Origin: Candidatus Latescibacterota bacterium
Lineage (GTDB): Bacteria > Latescibacterota > UBA2968 > UBA8231
Assembly: GCA_965206595.1 (NCBI GenBank)
Contig: OZ242214.1
Coordinates: 3,680,001 to 3,744,000 of the forward strand
Direction: 5' to 3'
Length of the DNA stretch: 64,000 bases
A model generated the notes under the pieces. It saw only the letters and a list, made by a program, of their open reading frames with translations. It made no database searches and was not told the origin of the DNA. Shown here one piece after another: positions 39,035-49,679 of this stretch (position 1 is the first letter of the stretch; each line of letters begins with the position of its first letter). A program made the position numbers and the translations under genes.

Positions 39035-41002
39035 TTGTCAAGGGGAACAGAGAAGCGGTCGACGCCGGGGGTGACGCCGCGCTCGTTGGTCATCGGAGCA
39101 GGACTCAGTCTGTTGATCGGTGTGGGCGAACCCTACGGTGCGCGTGTCATAGTGGGCAGCCATTTGAGCTCATTGAATGGCCCCGCCGCTTTCTTTCTGT
39201 TCTTCCTGTGGGTGGGTGTTGTCCAGGTACTGTTGGGGGTCATTCACCGGAGGCTGGTCCTGGGCAAGGGGGAGTTGTTGACCATTTACATCATGATGGT
39301 CATCGCTACGGCTTTCTCGGGGGGAGAGCGCAACGGATTCTGCTTCATGCTGTTGGGGTCCGCTGCCGGGGTATTTTACCTGGCCACGCCGGAGAACGGG
39401 TGGGCGGAGCGGGTTCATCCCTACGTGGCGGAATGGATGGTCCCTCGCGATGAGACGGGGATCCGGTGGTTCTTCGAAGGCTTGCCGGTTGGCGAGTCCA
39501 TTCCCTGGGGCATGTGGTTGCCGCCGCTGTTCTGGTGGTTCGTGTTCATGGTGGCGTTGTGGATGACAAGCATCTGCACGATGGTGATTCTCCGTCGCCA
39601 GTGGGTGGAACACGAACATCTGATCTACCCGATCACCAAAGTCCCCCTGGCGATGGTAGAGCCACCATCCGGCGGTTCGTTGGTGGCGCCTTTTTTCAAG
39701 AGCCCCCTGATGTGGGTGGGACTGCTGCTGACGTTTGGCCGCGAAAGCCTCAATGCCTTGAACCATTACTACCCCTTCGTTCCCGTGATTCCGAGACACC
39801 TGGGAACCGTGACACTGTTACGGGGCGTCGCGAGTGTAGGCTTCTCGCTGAATCTGATGATCCTGGGGTTTGCGTATTTCCTCAAACCGGACGTGACGTT
39901 CGGGATGTGGGTATTCACTCTGCTGCGGCGCCTGGAGGAGGGTGTGCTCATCTTCACGGGACAGGGCATTGGGGAATCTCTTTCCAACTATGGCGGCGGC
40001 GGCGGCGTAACGGGATTGCTGGCGCATCAGAGCATAGGTGCCATGACCGCGCTGGTGCTCTTCGGGCTCTGGATTGCCCGGGAGCACCTGCGGAAGGTGT
40101 TCCGCAAGGCGTTCAGGGGGGACCCGTCGGTGGACGATTCCGACGAGATCATTTCCTACCGCACCGCCGTCTGGGGGGTGATCCTCGGAGTGGTCGGGAT
40201 GAGCGTGTGGCTGTGGCGTGCGGGCTTGCCCTTGTGGGTAGGGCCGCTGTTTCTGTTCGGAGCGCTGGTAACCTTCATCAGCCTGACGCGCATCATCGCC
40301 GAGGCGGGCTTGCCGATGGTGTTTCCGCGCAATATCCCCCTGGACTTCGTGATCTCGGGGATCGGGGCGCGGTATATAGGGCCTGCCGGGATAGCGGCGT
40401 TGGGTCCGACGGTGATCTGGACGGAATCCCTGGCGAGCACGATGATGGCGCATAGCGCCACGGGATTGAAGTTGACCGGGGAGATCGGGCATCGCAAGCG
40501 CTGGTTGTTGCTTGCGATTGCGATCGCTATTGGGGTTTCTGCGGTCAGTACGTTCTGGATGTCGATGTCGATAGCCTATCGGGAGGGGAGCATCAATGTA
40601 GATGGTCCCGTGCGCTATCTGCCCCAGTATACCTGGGAGTATGTGGGGAGCAGGATCGACGAGAATGCGGGACCGAACGGGCTGGGCTGGCTCATCCGGC
40701 TGATGGGAGGCGGAGTGATGGCTGGTCTGCTGATCTTGCAACGTCGCTTTCTGTGGTGGCCGTTACATCCCCTGGGCTTCGTGGTCAGCATGGACAGGGT
40801 GATGGACACGGCCTGGTTTCCGGTCTTTGTGGCCTGGTTGATCAAGTCGGTCCTCCTGAAGTATGGTGGCCTCAAAGTTTATCGCTCGCTCATCCCTCTT
40901 TTCTACGGGTTGATCCTGGGTCAGTTCGTGTCCGGGGGATTCTGGCTTATCGTGGATTATTTCACCGGGATGAAGGGTAATCAAATAGCGATGGACTTCT
41001 AG
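39035..41002 (+). CDS. DUF6785/DUF6784-type polytopic membrane protein (putative transporter), copy 1
   Basis: ELLTIYIMM, PWGMWLPPL..W, ILRRQWVEHEHLIYP, RIIAEAG, WWPLHPLG and LKYGG motifs. TTG start aligned to the paralog at 51578-53545. Confidence 0.8.
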   Translation: MSRGTEKRSTPGVTPRSLVIGAGLSLLIGVGEPYGARVIVGSHLSSLNGPAAFFLFFLWVGVVQVLLGVIHRRLVLGKGELLTIYIMMVIATAFSGGERNGFCFMLLGSAAGVFYLATPENGWAERVHPYVAEWMVPRDETGIRWFFEGLPVGESIPWGMWLPPLFWWFVFMVALWMTSICTMVILRRQWVEHEHLIYPITKVPLAMVEPPSGGSLVAPFFKSPLMWVGLLLTFGRESLNALNHYYPFVPVIPRHLGTVTLLRGVASVGFSLNLMILGFAYFLKPDVTFGMWVFTLLRRLEEGVLIFTGQGIGESLSNYGGGGGVTGLLAHQSIGAMTALVLFGLWIAREHLRKVFRKAFRGDPSVDDSDEIISYRTAVWGVILGVVGMSVWLWRAGLPLWVGPLFLFGALVTFISLTRIIAEAGLPMVFPRNIPLDFVISGIGARYIGPAGIAALGPTVIWTESLASTMMAHSATGLKLTGEIGHRKRWLLLAIAIAIGVSAVSTFWMSMSIAYREGSINVDGPVRYLPQYTWEYVGSRIDENAGPNGLGWLIRLMGGGVMAGLLILQRRFLWWPLHPLGFVVSMDRVMDTAWFPVFVAWLIKSVLLKYGGLKVYRSLIPLFYGLILGQFVSGGFWLIVDYFTGMKGNQIAMDF

Positions 41003-41101
41003 GGGCTCGAGCAAGCCAGGTGAGGAAAGTCACTTCAACGTCCACATAGCATGCGCATCGACTGCAATTGACCATAATGTGCCTGTGAGGAGACACCCCC
41101 C

Positions 41102-42272
41102 ATGAAAATCGAATCGATCGACTTCCAGATCCTCGAAAGCGATCCCGTTGAACCGGAGTGGCGTCCACTGCGGACGATGCGGGAGTATCCGGGGTCAACC
41201 AAGGTGCGGTTCGGGCATCGGCTGTTCAGCGGGGACGGGATCCGCTTGGAGCCCAGGCCGGCTTACACGTGTCTGCTCCGGATCCGAACCGATGCGAATC
41301 TCGAGACCATCGGATCCTTCTCCTCGGGCTGGGGGAAAGAGGATCTGGAGTGGAAGGCGCGTACGTTCAAGGTCCAGTGGGAGTCGGAGCTCGTCGGGCA
41401 GGATGCACTGAATCGCGAGTACATGTGGCACAAAATGTGGATGGCCCGCCGGTACTTTCATATGACATCGACAGATCCTCTCGCTTTGATCGACACCCTT
41501 TTGTGGGATCTGGCGGGGCTCCACGCCAGGTTGCCTGTCCACAAGCTGCTCGGTGGATTTCGCGACCGTGTCCCGGCCTATCTCACCGAAACGGGCCATC
41601 CCCTACGAAGACACGCTGAAGTCGGCTCAACGGGCAGTGGACGAGGGTTACAAGGGGTTCAAGGACCACTCGATGCTGGGCGTCGAAACAAACCTCGCCC
41701 TCGCCAGGGACATCCGCAGTCTGGTCGGCAACGAGATGGCATTAATGCACGATCCCGTCCAGCAATACACCGTTGAAGATGCCATCAAAGTGTCGCGCGG
41801 GTTGGAAGAGCTGGGGTACATATGGATCGAAGAGCCCCTGCAGGAGTTCGACATCAACGGGCTGAAACGTCTTTCCGACGCGGTTGATCTACCGGTGATG
41901 GCGCTCGAATCGATACATGGAAATCCCTACCTGGCGACGCCCTATCTTGTGGCGGGAGCGATCGATATCGTGCGGAATACCGGGCTCGGGATCACCGGCA
42001 AGATGAAGCTCGCGAATCTTGCAGAGATGTTCGGACTGAATGTCCACGGTGGAGGGGCGCAGGTTGTGGCCGCGACTCGAAACGACGACTGGTGGGAAGT
42101 GGGGGCGTGGCTGCCGACGGTTGCTGACCGGTCGATTTCTGCGGCATTTGCTGGCCTGATACGGGAAACTACGGAGGTCAGGGACGGCTATATGTATGTG
42201 CCGCAGACGCCTGGTTTGGGGCGGGAGATAGACTGGGCGCAGATTGAGGCGAGGACCATCATGAAGGTTTGA
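41102..42272 (+). pseudogene. Mandelate racemase-like enolase, one frameshift (possibly sequencing error)
   Basis: IDTLLWDLAG...PVHKLLGGFRDRVPAY, then a +1 base at ~41593-41598 and GFKDH, MHDP, IEEP, LES, PGLG. Confidence 0.8.
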
Positions 42273-42356
42273 AGGTAGGGAATCAGCAGATCGTTTCTGA
42301 TGGGTCCATGGCTGTAGTTCGGGCCTGCTGCCCATCAAGTCATATGAGAGCCGTCA

Positions 42357-43361
42357 ATGAACCAAAATGGCTTAAGGATCGGAATTGTCGGTGCCGGCAA
42401 CATGGGACGTGCGCATGGGCGAGCCGTTGCTGCTTATGGAGCGCAGGTCGTCGCGGTTCACAGCACTCGCCTGGATGCCGCACAACAGCTGGCGACGGCA
42501 AGCGGTGCAGAGATCGCCACTGATGAACTCGACCCGTTTTTCGAGCACGAAATCGATGGCGTAGTTATCACTGCGCCTCCTCCGGTACGCCTTCAACCGG
42601 TGCGAATGGCTTGTGAACGGGGTATCCATCTGATGATCGAAAAGCCCCCTGCGCTGAACATGGACGAGGGACGGGACTGTCTGGAGCAAATCGAAAAAGC
42701 CGGGGTAATTGCCGCCGTTGGTTTTCAATTGCGTTACGCCCCGCTCTACGAGAGGCTGAAACATCTGCTGGCCAATGAGACAGTCCATCTGATGCAGACC
42801 GTCTGTACAGTTAATTACTACCTGAGCTTTAACATGGCGCCCTGGTTCCTGCAACAGCAGATCAGCGGTGGGCCTGTTGCCGAGCAGGCCATCCACCTGC
42901 TCGATTGTGGACGTTTCGTCCTGGGCAATCCCAAACCGGTTCAGGCACATGCGCTGGCAGTCAAAAACATGGCACACGACCGCTCCGAATTCGACGCCGA
43001 GAATGCCATCCAGATGACTTACGCGCTTGACAACGGTGTCTTGGGCACACATACCAATCACTGTGGCACTGAAGGGTTCAGCTTTGATCTCGAGGTTATC
43101 GGCCCTCACCTGCGTCTTCGCGCAAACGTGACCCAAAACCGGATTACTGGGTACCTCAATGGACAGGAGTTGGACAAATCGGTGCCTGAAGAGAACAGCC
43201 TGGGCATGGATAAGACCGGTGCCTGGTTGCGCGCTATAGAAACAGGCGAACGGTCGCTGGTCCGCTCGGAATATGCCGATGCGATCCACACTCTGGCGCT
43301 GGTGGAGGCGGCCGTCAGAAGTCGTGGCACGGGCAGATTTGTAGGAGTTGAGGAGCTGTAG
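42357..43361 (+). CDS. Gfo/Idh/MocA oxidoreductase
   Basis: IVGAGNMG, IEKPPA, VGFQLRY, SGGPVAEQAIHLLD. Confidence 0.92.
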   Translation: MNQNGLRIGIVGAGNMGRAHGRAVAAYGAQVVAVHSTRLDAAQQLATASGAEIATDELDPFFEHEIDGVVITAPPPVRLQPVRMACERGIHLMIEKPPALNMDEGRDCLEQIEKAGVIAAVGFQLRYAPLYERLKHLLANETVHLMQTVCTVNYYLSFNMAPWFLQQQISGGPVAEQAIHLLDCGRFVLGNPKPVQAHALAVKNMAHDRSEFDAENAIQMTYALDNGVLGTHTNHCGTEGFSFDLEVIGPHLRLRANVTQNRITGYLNGQELDKSVPEENSLGMDKTGAWLRAIETGERSLVRSEYADAIHTLALVEAAVRSRGTGRFVGVEEL

Positions 43362-43389
43362 ATGGCAACTTCGGGCTCACTGATTCTGA

Positions 43390-44469
43390 TCACGCTGACG
43401 CAACCGTGAGCGCGGCCATTTTATCATCGTCGAGCTCGATCCCCAGACCGGGGCCATCTGGAACGGTGAGGCAGGATCCTTCGGCGTGGATGCGTTCCAC
43501 AGCCGGAGACGCAGTGTAGAGCATCGGACCCATGGGGTCGCACGGGAGGCTGAGGTTGGGCATGGAGGCGCCCAGATGGAGTTGACCTGCGGTGCCGAGG
43601 GTGGATTCCTGGTCGGTGCCGATGGTGCAGTAGATGCCTGCGGATTCGGCCAGGGCATAGAGGCGACGGATGTAGGTTGGGCCGCAGAAGACATTGCACA
43701 GGTTGAAGGCGGTACAGGCGCCGCGCTCGATCGATTCCAGACCGCGTTCGAGGGTGGCGGTATGGAGACTGACGGGGAGGTCCATACGCCTGGTGAATTC
43801 TGCGCAGACCCGGAGGTCCCAGGATGGCTGCTCGAAATGAACCGGGTTGTGGTGACGGAGGACGTCGGCGTAGCGGAGAGCGGTCTGCCAATCCGAGAAT
43901 CGGCCTGAGAAATCGATCTGCTTGAGCCGGATCTTGTCCCCGAATCGGCAGAACATGTCGGTGAGAAAGCGGTTATCGAATTCGGCGTCGTCCCCCGAGA
44001 TGTAAAAGCGGAAGAGATGATGGCCGTGGTCGACGAGACGCTGAAGGTAACCCGCAGTGGCCTCGTAGTCCTCTTTGACGAGGACGCCCCAGGTCGGAAA
44101 ACAGCAGTAGATCTTGTCGCGGAACTTGCCGCCGAGGAGACGGTAGGCGGGAACCCCTAGCGCCTTTCCGTTGAGGTCGTAGAGGGCGAGGTCGATGGCG
44201 GAGACGAGATGATGGTTCGAGACGGTGCTCTCGAAATTGTGCGTGCGCAGGAATTCGTTGGTTTCGGTGATGCGGGTGGGGTCACGACCGACAAGGAGTT
44301 CGTTGTACTGGCGGACTACAGCGGCAACGTCGCTGCACTTGCTGTCAGAGGCTTCGCCCAGGCCGATGGGACCGTCGTCGACGTGGACTTTGACGATGAG
44401 GTGACCGGAGATGTGTCCGGTGACGCGCGGTGTTTCGATCTGATGGGCTTCAATCTTCGTGATTTTCAT
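43390..44469 (-). CDS. Enolase-superfamily enzyme, paralog of 22238-23335
   Basis: Colinear with 22238-23335 (HLIVKVHVDDG, AIDLALYDLNGK, YLQRLVD.GHHLFR, TDQESTLGTAG, LTVASA end). Confidence 0.9.
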   Translation of the reverse strand: MKITKIEAHQIETPRVTGHISGHLIVKVHVDDGPIGLGEASDSKCSDVAAVVRQYNELLVGRDPTRITETNEFLRTHNFESTVSNHHLVSAIDLALYDLNGKALGVPAYRLLGGKFRDKIYCCFPTWGVLVKEDYEATAGYLQRLVDHGHHLFRFYISGDDAEFDNRFLTDMFCRFGDKIRLKQIDFSGRFSDWQTALRYADVLRHHNPVHFEQPSWDLRVCAEFTRRMDLPVSLHTATLERGLESIERGACTAFNLCNVFCGPTYIRRLYALAESAGIYCTIGTDQESTLGTAGQLHLGASMPNLSLPCDPMGPMLYTASPAVERIHAEGSCLTVPDGPGLGIELDDDKMAALTVASA

Positions 44470-44593
44470 GGGACCTCCAATGGAGTCAGCGGTCAGCCGA
44501 TTCGGACAAATCCCGAAAATCCGGATTTTATCAGTATGTCAGCGAGGAACTCGAGGAGCCGTTGCCGCCCGGATGCCCATGGTGAACCGGATC

Positions 44594-46765
44594 TCAGCGC
44601 GGCAGTCGCTCTATACTGTCCTGGCCCTCCGTGATGAGGATCGACTGATCCACCGCCACATCGCGGAAGGTCTGTAACCGATCGCTCGTCGGCCAGTACA
44701 CCTCCAGCACCTCCACCTGCGTCGCCTTTCCGAGCCCGATCATCTGCATGAACGGGTTGCCCCCGAAGCTGCTGCCGCTGTTCACGTGCCGGTAGACTGA
44801 GCGACGCTTCCCGCCCTCCCGGATCTCGCAGCGGATACGCGCCCCGATCCCGGGCCGATTTGACTGTACGCCCCGCAGCCTGACCCTGATCCAGTGGTTG
44901 TCGAAGCCTGGATTCTCGAACAACGCGTTGCCGTACATGTCGCCGGGATAGGCGCCCCCCAATTGCATGTAGACGTCCTGGTCACCGTCGTAGTCGAGGT
45001 CTGCGAAGGCCACCCCATGGCCCTTCTGCAGGTGGCCGAACCCGCCCGCCATCGTCACGTCCGCAAAGCCCCTCCCGCCGAGGTTGCGGTACATCACATT
45101 CGGCATCAGGGCCTCGTATCCCGGGTAGCCCGTGCCCTGGTAGAAGTCCAGGTACCCGTCGTTGTCCAGATCGCCGAAGTTGCAGCCCATCGTCAGCGTC
45201 AGCAAGGTCAGGCCCTGCTCGGCCGCAACCTCCCGAAAGCCCCCCTTGCCGTCACCGCGGTAAAGGCACGCCAGCTCCCCTCCGTGCTCCAACCCGAGGT
45301 AGCTGGCCGCGAGGAAGTCCAGGGACTCTGCGTAGGTCGCGACCCAAAGATCCAGGGCGCCGTCGTTGTCGAAGTCCCAGAACCAGGGCATGAAGCTGGT
45401 GTGGCGTGCCAAGACGTTCAGCTTCCCGGCGACGTCCGTGAAGGTCCCATCGCCGTTGTTGTGATAGAGCCTGTTCACTCCGAACATGTTTGAGACGTAA
45501 AGATCCGGGAAGCGATCGCCATCGTAATCGCCCCAGATCACGCCCTTGGTGTAGCGCTCGTTCAGCACGCCCGCTTCTCTGGCCACGTCGACGAACGTTC
45601 CATCGCCTTCGTTGCGGAAGAGCTGGCACGGAGCGGAGAAATCCGGGTCGGTCTCGTTGCCCACGTACAGATCCAGGTCGCCATCGTTGTCGTAATCGGC
45701 CCACGACGCGGTCTGGGTGGGATAGTTGACCGCGGCCAGACCGGCGTCGAAGGTCACGTCGGTGAAAGTGCCGTCGCCGTTGTTCCTCAACAGGGAGTTG
45801 GGTGTCGCGCCCGCCCTGCCCAGCCAGGCTCCGCGCAGAACCAGGATGTCCGGGAACCCGTCGTTGTTGTAATCGGTGTGGTTCAGGTTGAGACCGCCGA
45901 ACAGACCCACCAGGCCGGCTTCTTGCGTGCGCTCGGTGAACGTCTTGTCCGGGTTGCCTTCGAAGTAGCGCATCTGTCCGGAAGGATCAGAGGTCGAGCA
46001 CACGATGTCGAGCCAGCCGTCGCCATTGAAGTCGTCGACGGCGCTGCCTCCGGCGAGGTCGAATGCGTTCAACCCGAGCCCGGGCGCGATGTCCGTGAAG
46101 CGTGGAAAAGGCTCATCGGAGGCAAAGGTATCGGGCGAAATCAGAAACTGCTCGGGAACCCCGTCGGGGTACTCCCCGATCGTCATGTTGGCAATGTTTA
46201 GCAGCCAGCGAGCCCCGTGCGCCCCCGGGAACCTCCCGAGATACTCCTCCAGGAGCTCGATCGCCTTGCGGGAGCTTTCCTGGTTTTGGTACACCCCCTT
46301 CCCGCGGATGGGAAGGATGCAGCTGTCGCTCGTATGCATACCCACGCAGTTCTGGGTCTCCCCCAGGCGCAGGTAGACGATGGCGAGCTCCAGGATGTTC
46401 AGGTAGAGCGCCTTGTTCTTGATACTACGGGCGCGGATCAACTCGAGAGCCTCGCTATAGAGCCTTATCGCCGCATCGATATTCCCGAGCCGTGACTCCT
46501 CGCTGGCCAGGCCCCGCAACACCGGCCAGCGAAGACGCGGCTCCGCGCCAGCCAGGCGAGCGAGCTGACGGCGCAACGCCGGCGCCTGGAACTGTCCAAC
46601 CCTGTTGTCGAGCAGCGACCTCCTGTCGGCCTCCCTGGCCAGGAGCGCAATCATCTTCTCATGCCCGGCGACTCCGGATTTCTCGCACGACACCACCAGC
46701 GTGGCGCAGGCGAGAATCAGCAGAGCACCGGCAAGATTTGGGAGCTGTTGAAGAAGAGCGATCAT
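44594..46765 (-). CDS. CRTAC1-family lipoprotein with N-terminal TPR-like region
   Basis: Lipobox VVSC; LGETQNC...SCILPI; FG-GAP repeats (DFNGDGWLD, DYDNDGDLD); GFGHLQKGHGV; ASPIC/UnbV end (SGSSFGGNP...GLG). Confidence 0.88.
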   Translation of the reverse strand: MIALLQQLPNLAGALLILACATLVVSCEKSGVAGHEKMIALLAREADRRSLLDNRVGQFQAPALRRQLARLAGAEPRLRWPVLRGLASEESRLGNIDAAIRLYSEALELIRARSIKNKALYLNILELAIVYLRLGETQNCVGMHTSDSCILPIRGKGVYQNQESSRKAIELLEEYLGRFPGAHGARWLLNIANMTIGEYPDGVPEQFLISPDTFASDEPFPRFTDIAPGLGLNAFDLAGGSAVDDFNGDGWLDIVCSTSDPSGQMRYFEGNPDKTFTERTQEAGLVGLFGGLNLNHTDYNNDGFPDILVLRGAWLGRAGATPNSLLRNNGDGTFTDVTFDAGLAAVNYPTQTASWADYDNDGDLDLYVGNETDPDFSAPCQLFRNEGDGTFVDVAREAGVLNERYTKGVIWGDYDGDRFPDLYVSNMFGVNRLYHNNGDGTFTDVAGKLNVLARHTSFMPWFWDFDNDGALDLWVATYAESLDFLAASYLGLEHGGELACLYRGDGKGGFREVAAEQGLTLLTLTMGCNFGDLDNDGYLDFYQGTGYPGYEALMPNVMYRNLGGRGFADVTMAGGFGHLQKGHGVAFADLDYDGDQDVYMQLGGAYPGDMYGNALFENPGFDNHWIRVRLRGVQSNRPGIGARIRCEIREGGKRRSVYRHVNSGSSFGGNPFMQMIGLGKATQVEVLEVYWPTSDRLQTFRDVAVDQSILITEGQDSIERLPR

Positions 46766-47039
46766 GTCAAGGGCTATCCAATCGCCGCCCGACGACGTTC
46801 CTCGACGACGAACTACGAGCTCCGGAGAGTCATGGGAAACGCGGACGTGAACGACGTCCTCACCCCGAAAAGTTAGAGTGCGAGTAATTACGCGAACAGC
46901 TCTATGGAGGCACAGTACACCCGGGATGGTTGTGCACGAGGCGTTGGGGAAGCGACACCGTTCGATCTCTACCCGTCGAAGATGCGCCAGTTGGGCAGTC
47001 TTGCCGAGATGCTCTACCAATCTCTCGACGCTGCAACAG

Positions 47040-48698
47040 TCATTGCTGATTGCCACTGATTGTCACCCTGCCCGTGAACCCACTTGCCACCAGTTTATCG
47101 GCGAAAGCCCGAGCTGACGAATCGGTCAGCCCTCCGCTGCCGTGGATGGACAAGTCGCCGCCGATGTGGGTGAGATTCTCAAGGCCTGCCAAGCTGGCCA
47201 GGGCGGTGTTGCCGGTACGGCGATCGCCGATAGATAGACTACCGCCGATGTCTGTGAGACTTTCGAGCCCTGCCAGGCTGATCAGTGCATCATTGCCGCC
47301 AATCGACAGGTCTGCGCCAATGTTGGTGAGGTTCCCGAGCCCTTCCAGGCTCGTCAGATCGGTGTACCAGATGGACAGACCCCCGCCGATGCTGGTGACG
47401 CTCTCGAACCCTGCCAGGTTGGTCAGCAAGTAATTTCCGCTGATTTTCAAATCGCCGGCGACTCGGGCGACATTCCCGAGCGGTGCCAAGCTGGCCAGCG
47501 CATTGTTGTGCAATATCTGCAGCAACCCGTCGATGCGGGTGATATTGTCGAGTCCTGTCAGACTGCTCAGGGCGGAGTTGTTGGCGAGAGACAGGAATCC
47601 GCCGACGCTGGTGAGGGTCTCGAGCCCTGCCAGGCTGGTCAGCGCGGGATTGCCGGTAAGCCAGACTCCACCGATGCCGGCGACGTTCTCGAGCCCTGAA
47701 AGGCTGGTCAGCGCGGCGCTGCTGAATACAGACAGGAATCCGCCGATGCGGGTTAGATTCTCGAGCCCTGACAGGCTGGCCAATGCGGGGTTGTGGGAGA
47801 TGGTCAAACTCCCGCCGACGTCAGTGAGATTCCCGAGCCCTGACAGGCTGGTCAACGCAGTGTTGCCGTCACGCACCTTGCCGATGCACAAGTCCCCGCC
47901 GATGCGGGTGAGATTTTCGAACCCCGCCAAGTTGGCAAGTGCATCATTGTCCAGGATCGAAACGCCTGGACCCGTCCGGGATGCTCGGTCAAACGCGTCC
48001 CCGTCGATGCTCGTGATCTTTTCGAGCCCTGACAGGCTGGTCAGCGCGGGGTTGTAGTGGATTATCAGGTCGCCCCCGAAGCCGGTGAGGTTCTTGAGCC
48101 CTGTCAGGCTGGTCAGGGAATCATTGCCGACGATGGACAGGAATCCGCCGATGCGGGTCAGATTGTCGAGCCCCGCCAGGCTGGTCAGGGCATCATTGTT
48201 GACGGCGTTAACAGCCCCGCCGATGCTGGAGGCATTTTCGAGCCCTGACAGGCTGGTCAGGGAGGTGTTCCTGATGAACAAACCCCCGCCGATGCTGGTG
48301 ACACCCTCGAGCCCTGACAGGCTGGTCAAAGCGGCGTTGCCGAATACGGACAGGTACCCGCCGATGCGGGTGAGATTCTGGAGACCAGCCAGACTGGTCA
48401 GCTCCGCGTTGCCGGCACCGAAGCTGCCTATGGACAGGTTCCCGCCGATGCGGGTGAGATTCTCGAGGGCTTCAAGTGTGGTGAAGGGAGAATCCTCGAC
48501 CGAGAGATCGCCGGTGATGCGGAACGAACCCCCTCCGAGGGCCACGGGGAGGTCCAGATCCTCCTGGGAACGGAGGGAAAAATCTCCCTCCAGGACCGTG
48601 GAGTCAGAGCCGGATTGAGTTGGGCTTTTGTTGTCACAGCCGGCCAACCCCAACACCGACAACACCACACAGGGCAAGAGCCGTTTCGGACATTTCAT
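47040..48698 (-). CDS. Receptor L-domain-type leucine-rich repeat lipoprotein
   Basis: Lipobox LAGC; about 19 repeats of ~25 aa, consensus NxALTSLxGLENLTxIGGxLxI, visible as ~75-bp DNA repeats. Confidence 0.85.
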   Translation of the reverse strand: MKCPKRLLPCVVLSVLGLAGCDNKSPTQSGSDSTVLEGDFSLRSQEDLDLPVALGGGSFRITGDLSVEDSPFTTLEALENLTRIGGNLSIGSFGAGNAELTSLAGLQNLTRIGGYLSVFGNAALTSLSGLEGVTSIGGGLFIRNTSLTSLSGLENASSIGGAVNAVNNDALTSLAGLDNLTRIGGFLSIVGNDSLTSLTGLKNLTGFGGDLIIHYNPALTSLSGLEKITSIDGDAFDRASRTGPGVSILDNDALANLAGFENLTRIGGDLCIGKVRDGNTALTSLSGLGNLTDVGGSLTISHNPALASLSGLENLTRIGGFLSVFSSAALTSLSGLENVAGIGGVWLTGNPALTSLAGLETLTSVGGFLSLANNSALSSLTGLDNITRIDGLLQILHNNALASLAPLGNVARVAGDLKISGNYLLTNLAGFESVTSIGGGLSIWYTDLTSLEGLGNLTNIGADLSIGGNDALISLAGLESLTDIGGSLSIGDRRTGNTALASLAGLENLTHIGGDLSIHGSGGLTDSSARAFADKLVASGFTGRVTISGNQQ

Positions 48699-48815
48699 GG
48701 CTCAGCACCTCATCGCGAGATAAATCCGGGTTTGCTGGCCGGTGAAGCAATCATGCTAACCAGCGCATCGCCGTCACACACTCGAAGGCCGAACTCCGCG
48801 GCAAGCTGTCAATGC

Positions 48816-48849
48816 CGATAGTGTCGTGTCCCTGAGAACGACACTATCG
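48816..48849. terminator. Perfect 12-bp inverted repeat downstream of DUF3179 copy 1
   Basis: CGATAGTGTCGT-N10-ACGACACTATCG. No clear U-tract, so it may be a MITE remnant rather than a terminator. Confidence 0.5.
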
Positions 48850-48866
48850 CGCTGTTCAGTAGCGCA

Positions 48867-49559
48867 CTACGGGATCGTGAGAACCTTTGAATCCGGAAAC
48901 TCCGCTTTCCAAAGGTTCCAGCGGGTGAGGACGGAGTGGAGTTCCGTCAGCTTCCGGTCGGCGTAGGTGCCGCTGATACAGGTCAGGCCGTCCTCGCCGG
49001 GCAGGTGGTACCACAGGCTTTCGGTCTCGTAGTCGTACAGCACGAACGTGGATCGATAGGTCCATCCACTGGCGCTCAGGGTCAGGATCTCTCCGTCGAT
49101 TTCTCGGCTGTACACGGCAGCCAGGTTGACCAGCGGTCAGTAGGCCACGGCCACGTGCGCCTCCCCGAATTGCTCGTTGGCGACTTCGAACCGGCTCAGG
49201 ATTTCGATGGGGTACGCGCGGGTGAAACCGTTCAGGCTCGTCCCGATCACGAGAATACCCTGGCTGTCGAGCGGGTAATTCAGGTCGCCGGGGGACAGCA
49301 TCCTGGCGTTGATTATCGGTTTGATGGCAAAAGGCCCCAGACCGTTCCCGAACATGGATGGCTCCATGCCGTATTTCCGCGCAGCGTGGGTCACGTCCCA
49401 GGACTTGCCGGTTACGTCGTGGATGAAAACCTCACCTTCCTCCCCCTGCCCCTGGTCGACCGAAGAAGGCGGCGGGGAGGTGTGGACCACATCGCTGCCG
49501 CAACCACTCGAAAGCAGGGCCCAGAACCCGAAAAGAACGGCTGTGATCGCAAGTCTCAT
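48867..49559 (-). CDS. DUF3179-domain selenoprotein (lipoprotein; Sec at TGA 49139-49137)
   Basis: ORFs 49137..49586 and 48867..49115 are in one frame separated only by TGA: RAYPIEILSRFEVANEQFGEAHVAVAY-U-PLVNLAAVYSR...SGW...VLYDYETESLW...WKAEFPDSKVL. The TGA sits at the DUF3179 Y-C-P-L cysteine. Lipobox SSGC. Confidence 0.82.
49103..49124 (-). promoter_or_regulatory. Putative bacterial SECIS hairpin (copy 1)
   Basis: CUGGCUG-CCGUGUA-CAGCCGAG starts 12 nt after the UGA and is identical in the paralog. Confidence 0.6.
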
Positions 49560-49679
49560 CACGCAAATCTCTTCACATTGTCCCAAGGTGAAACAGTCAG
49601 AACGCTTACTGGTCTCACTGGTTCGGTTCTGCGCATGAACCTGGTGTCCGCAGTGCTGTCCTCTTGCCGTGGCAGGGCG

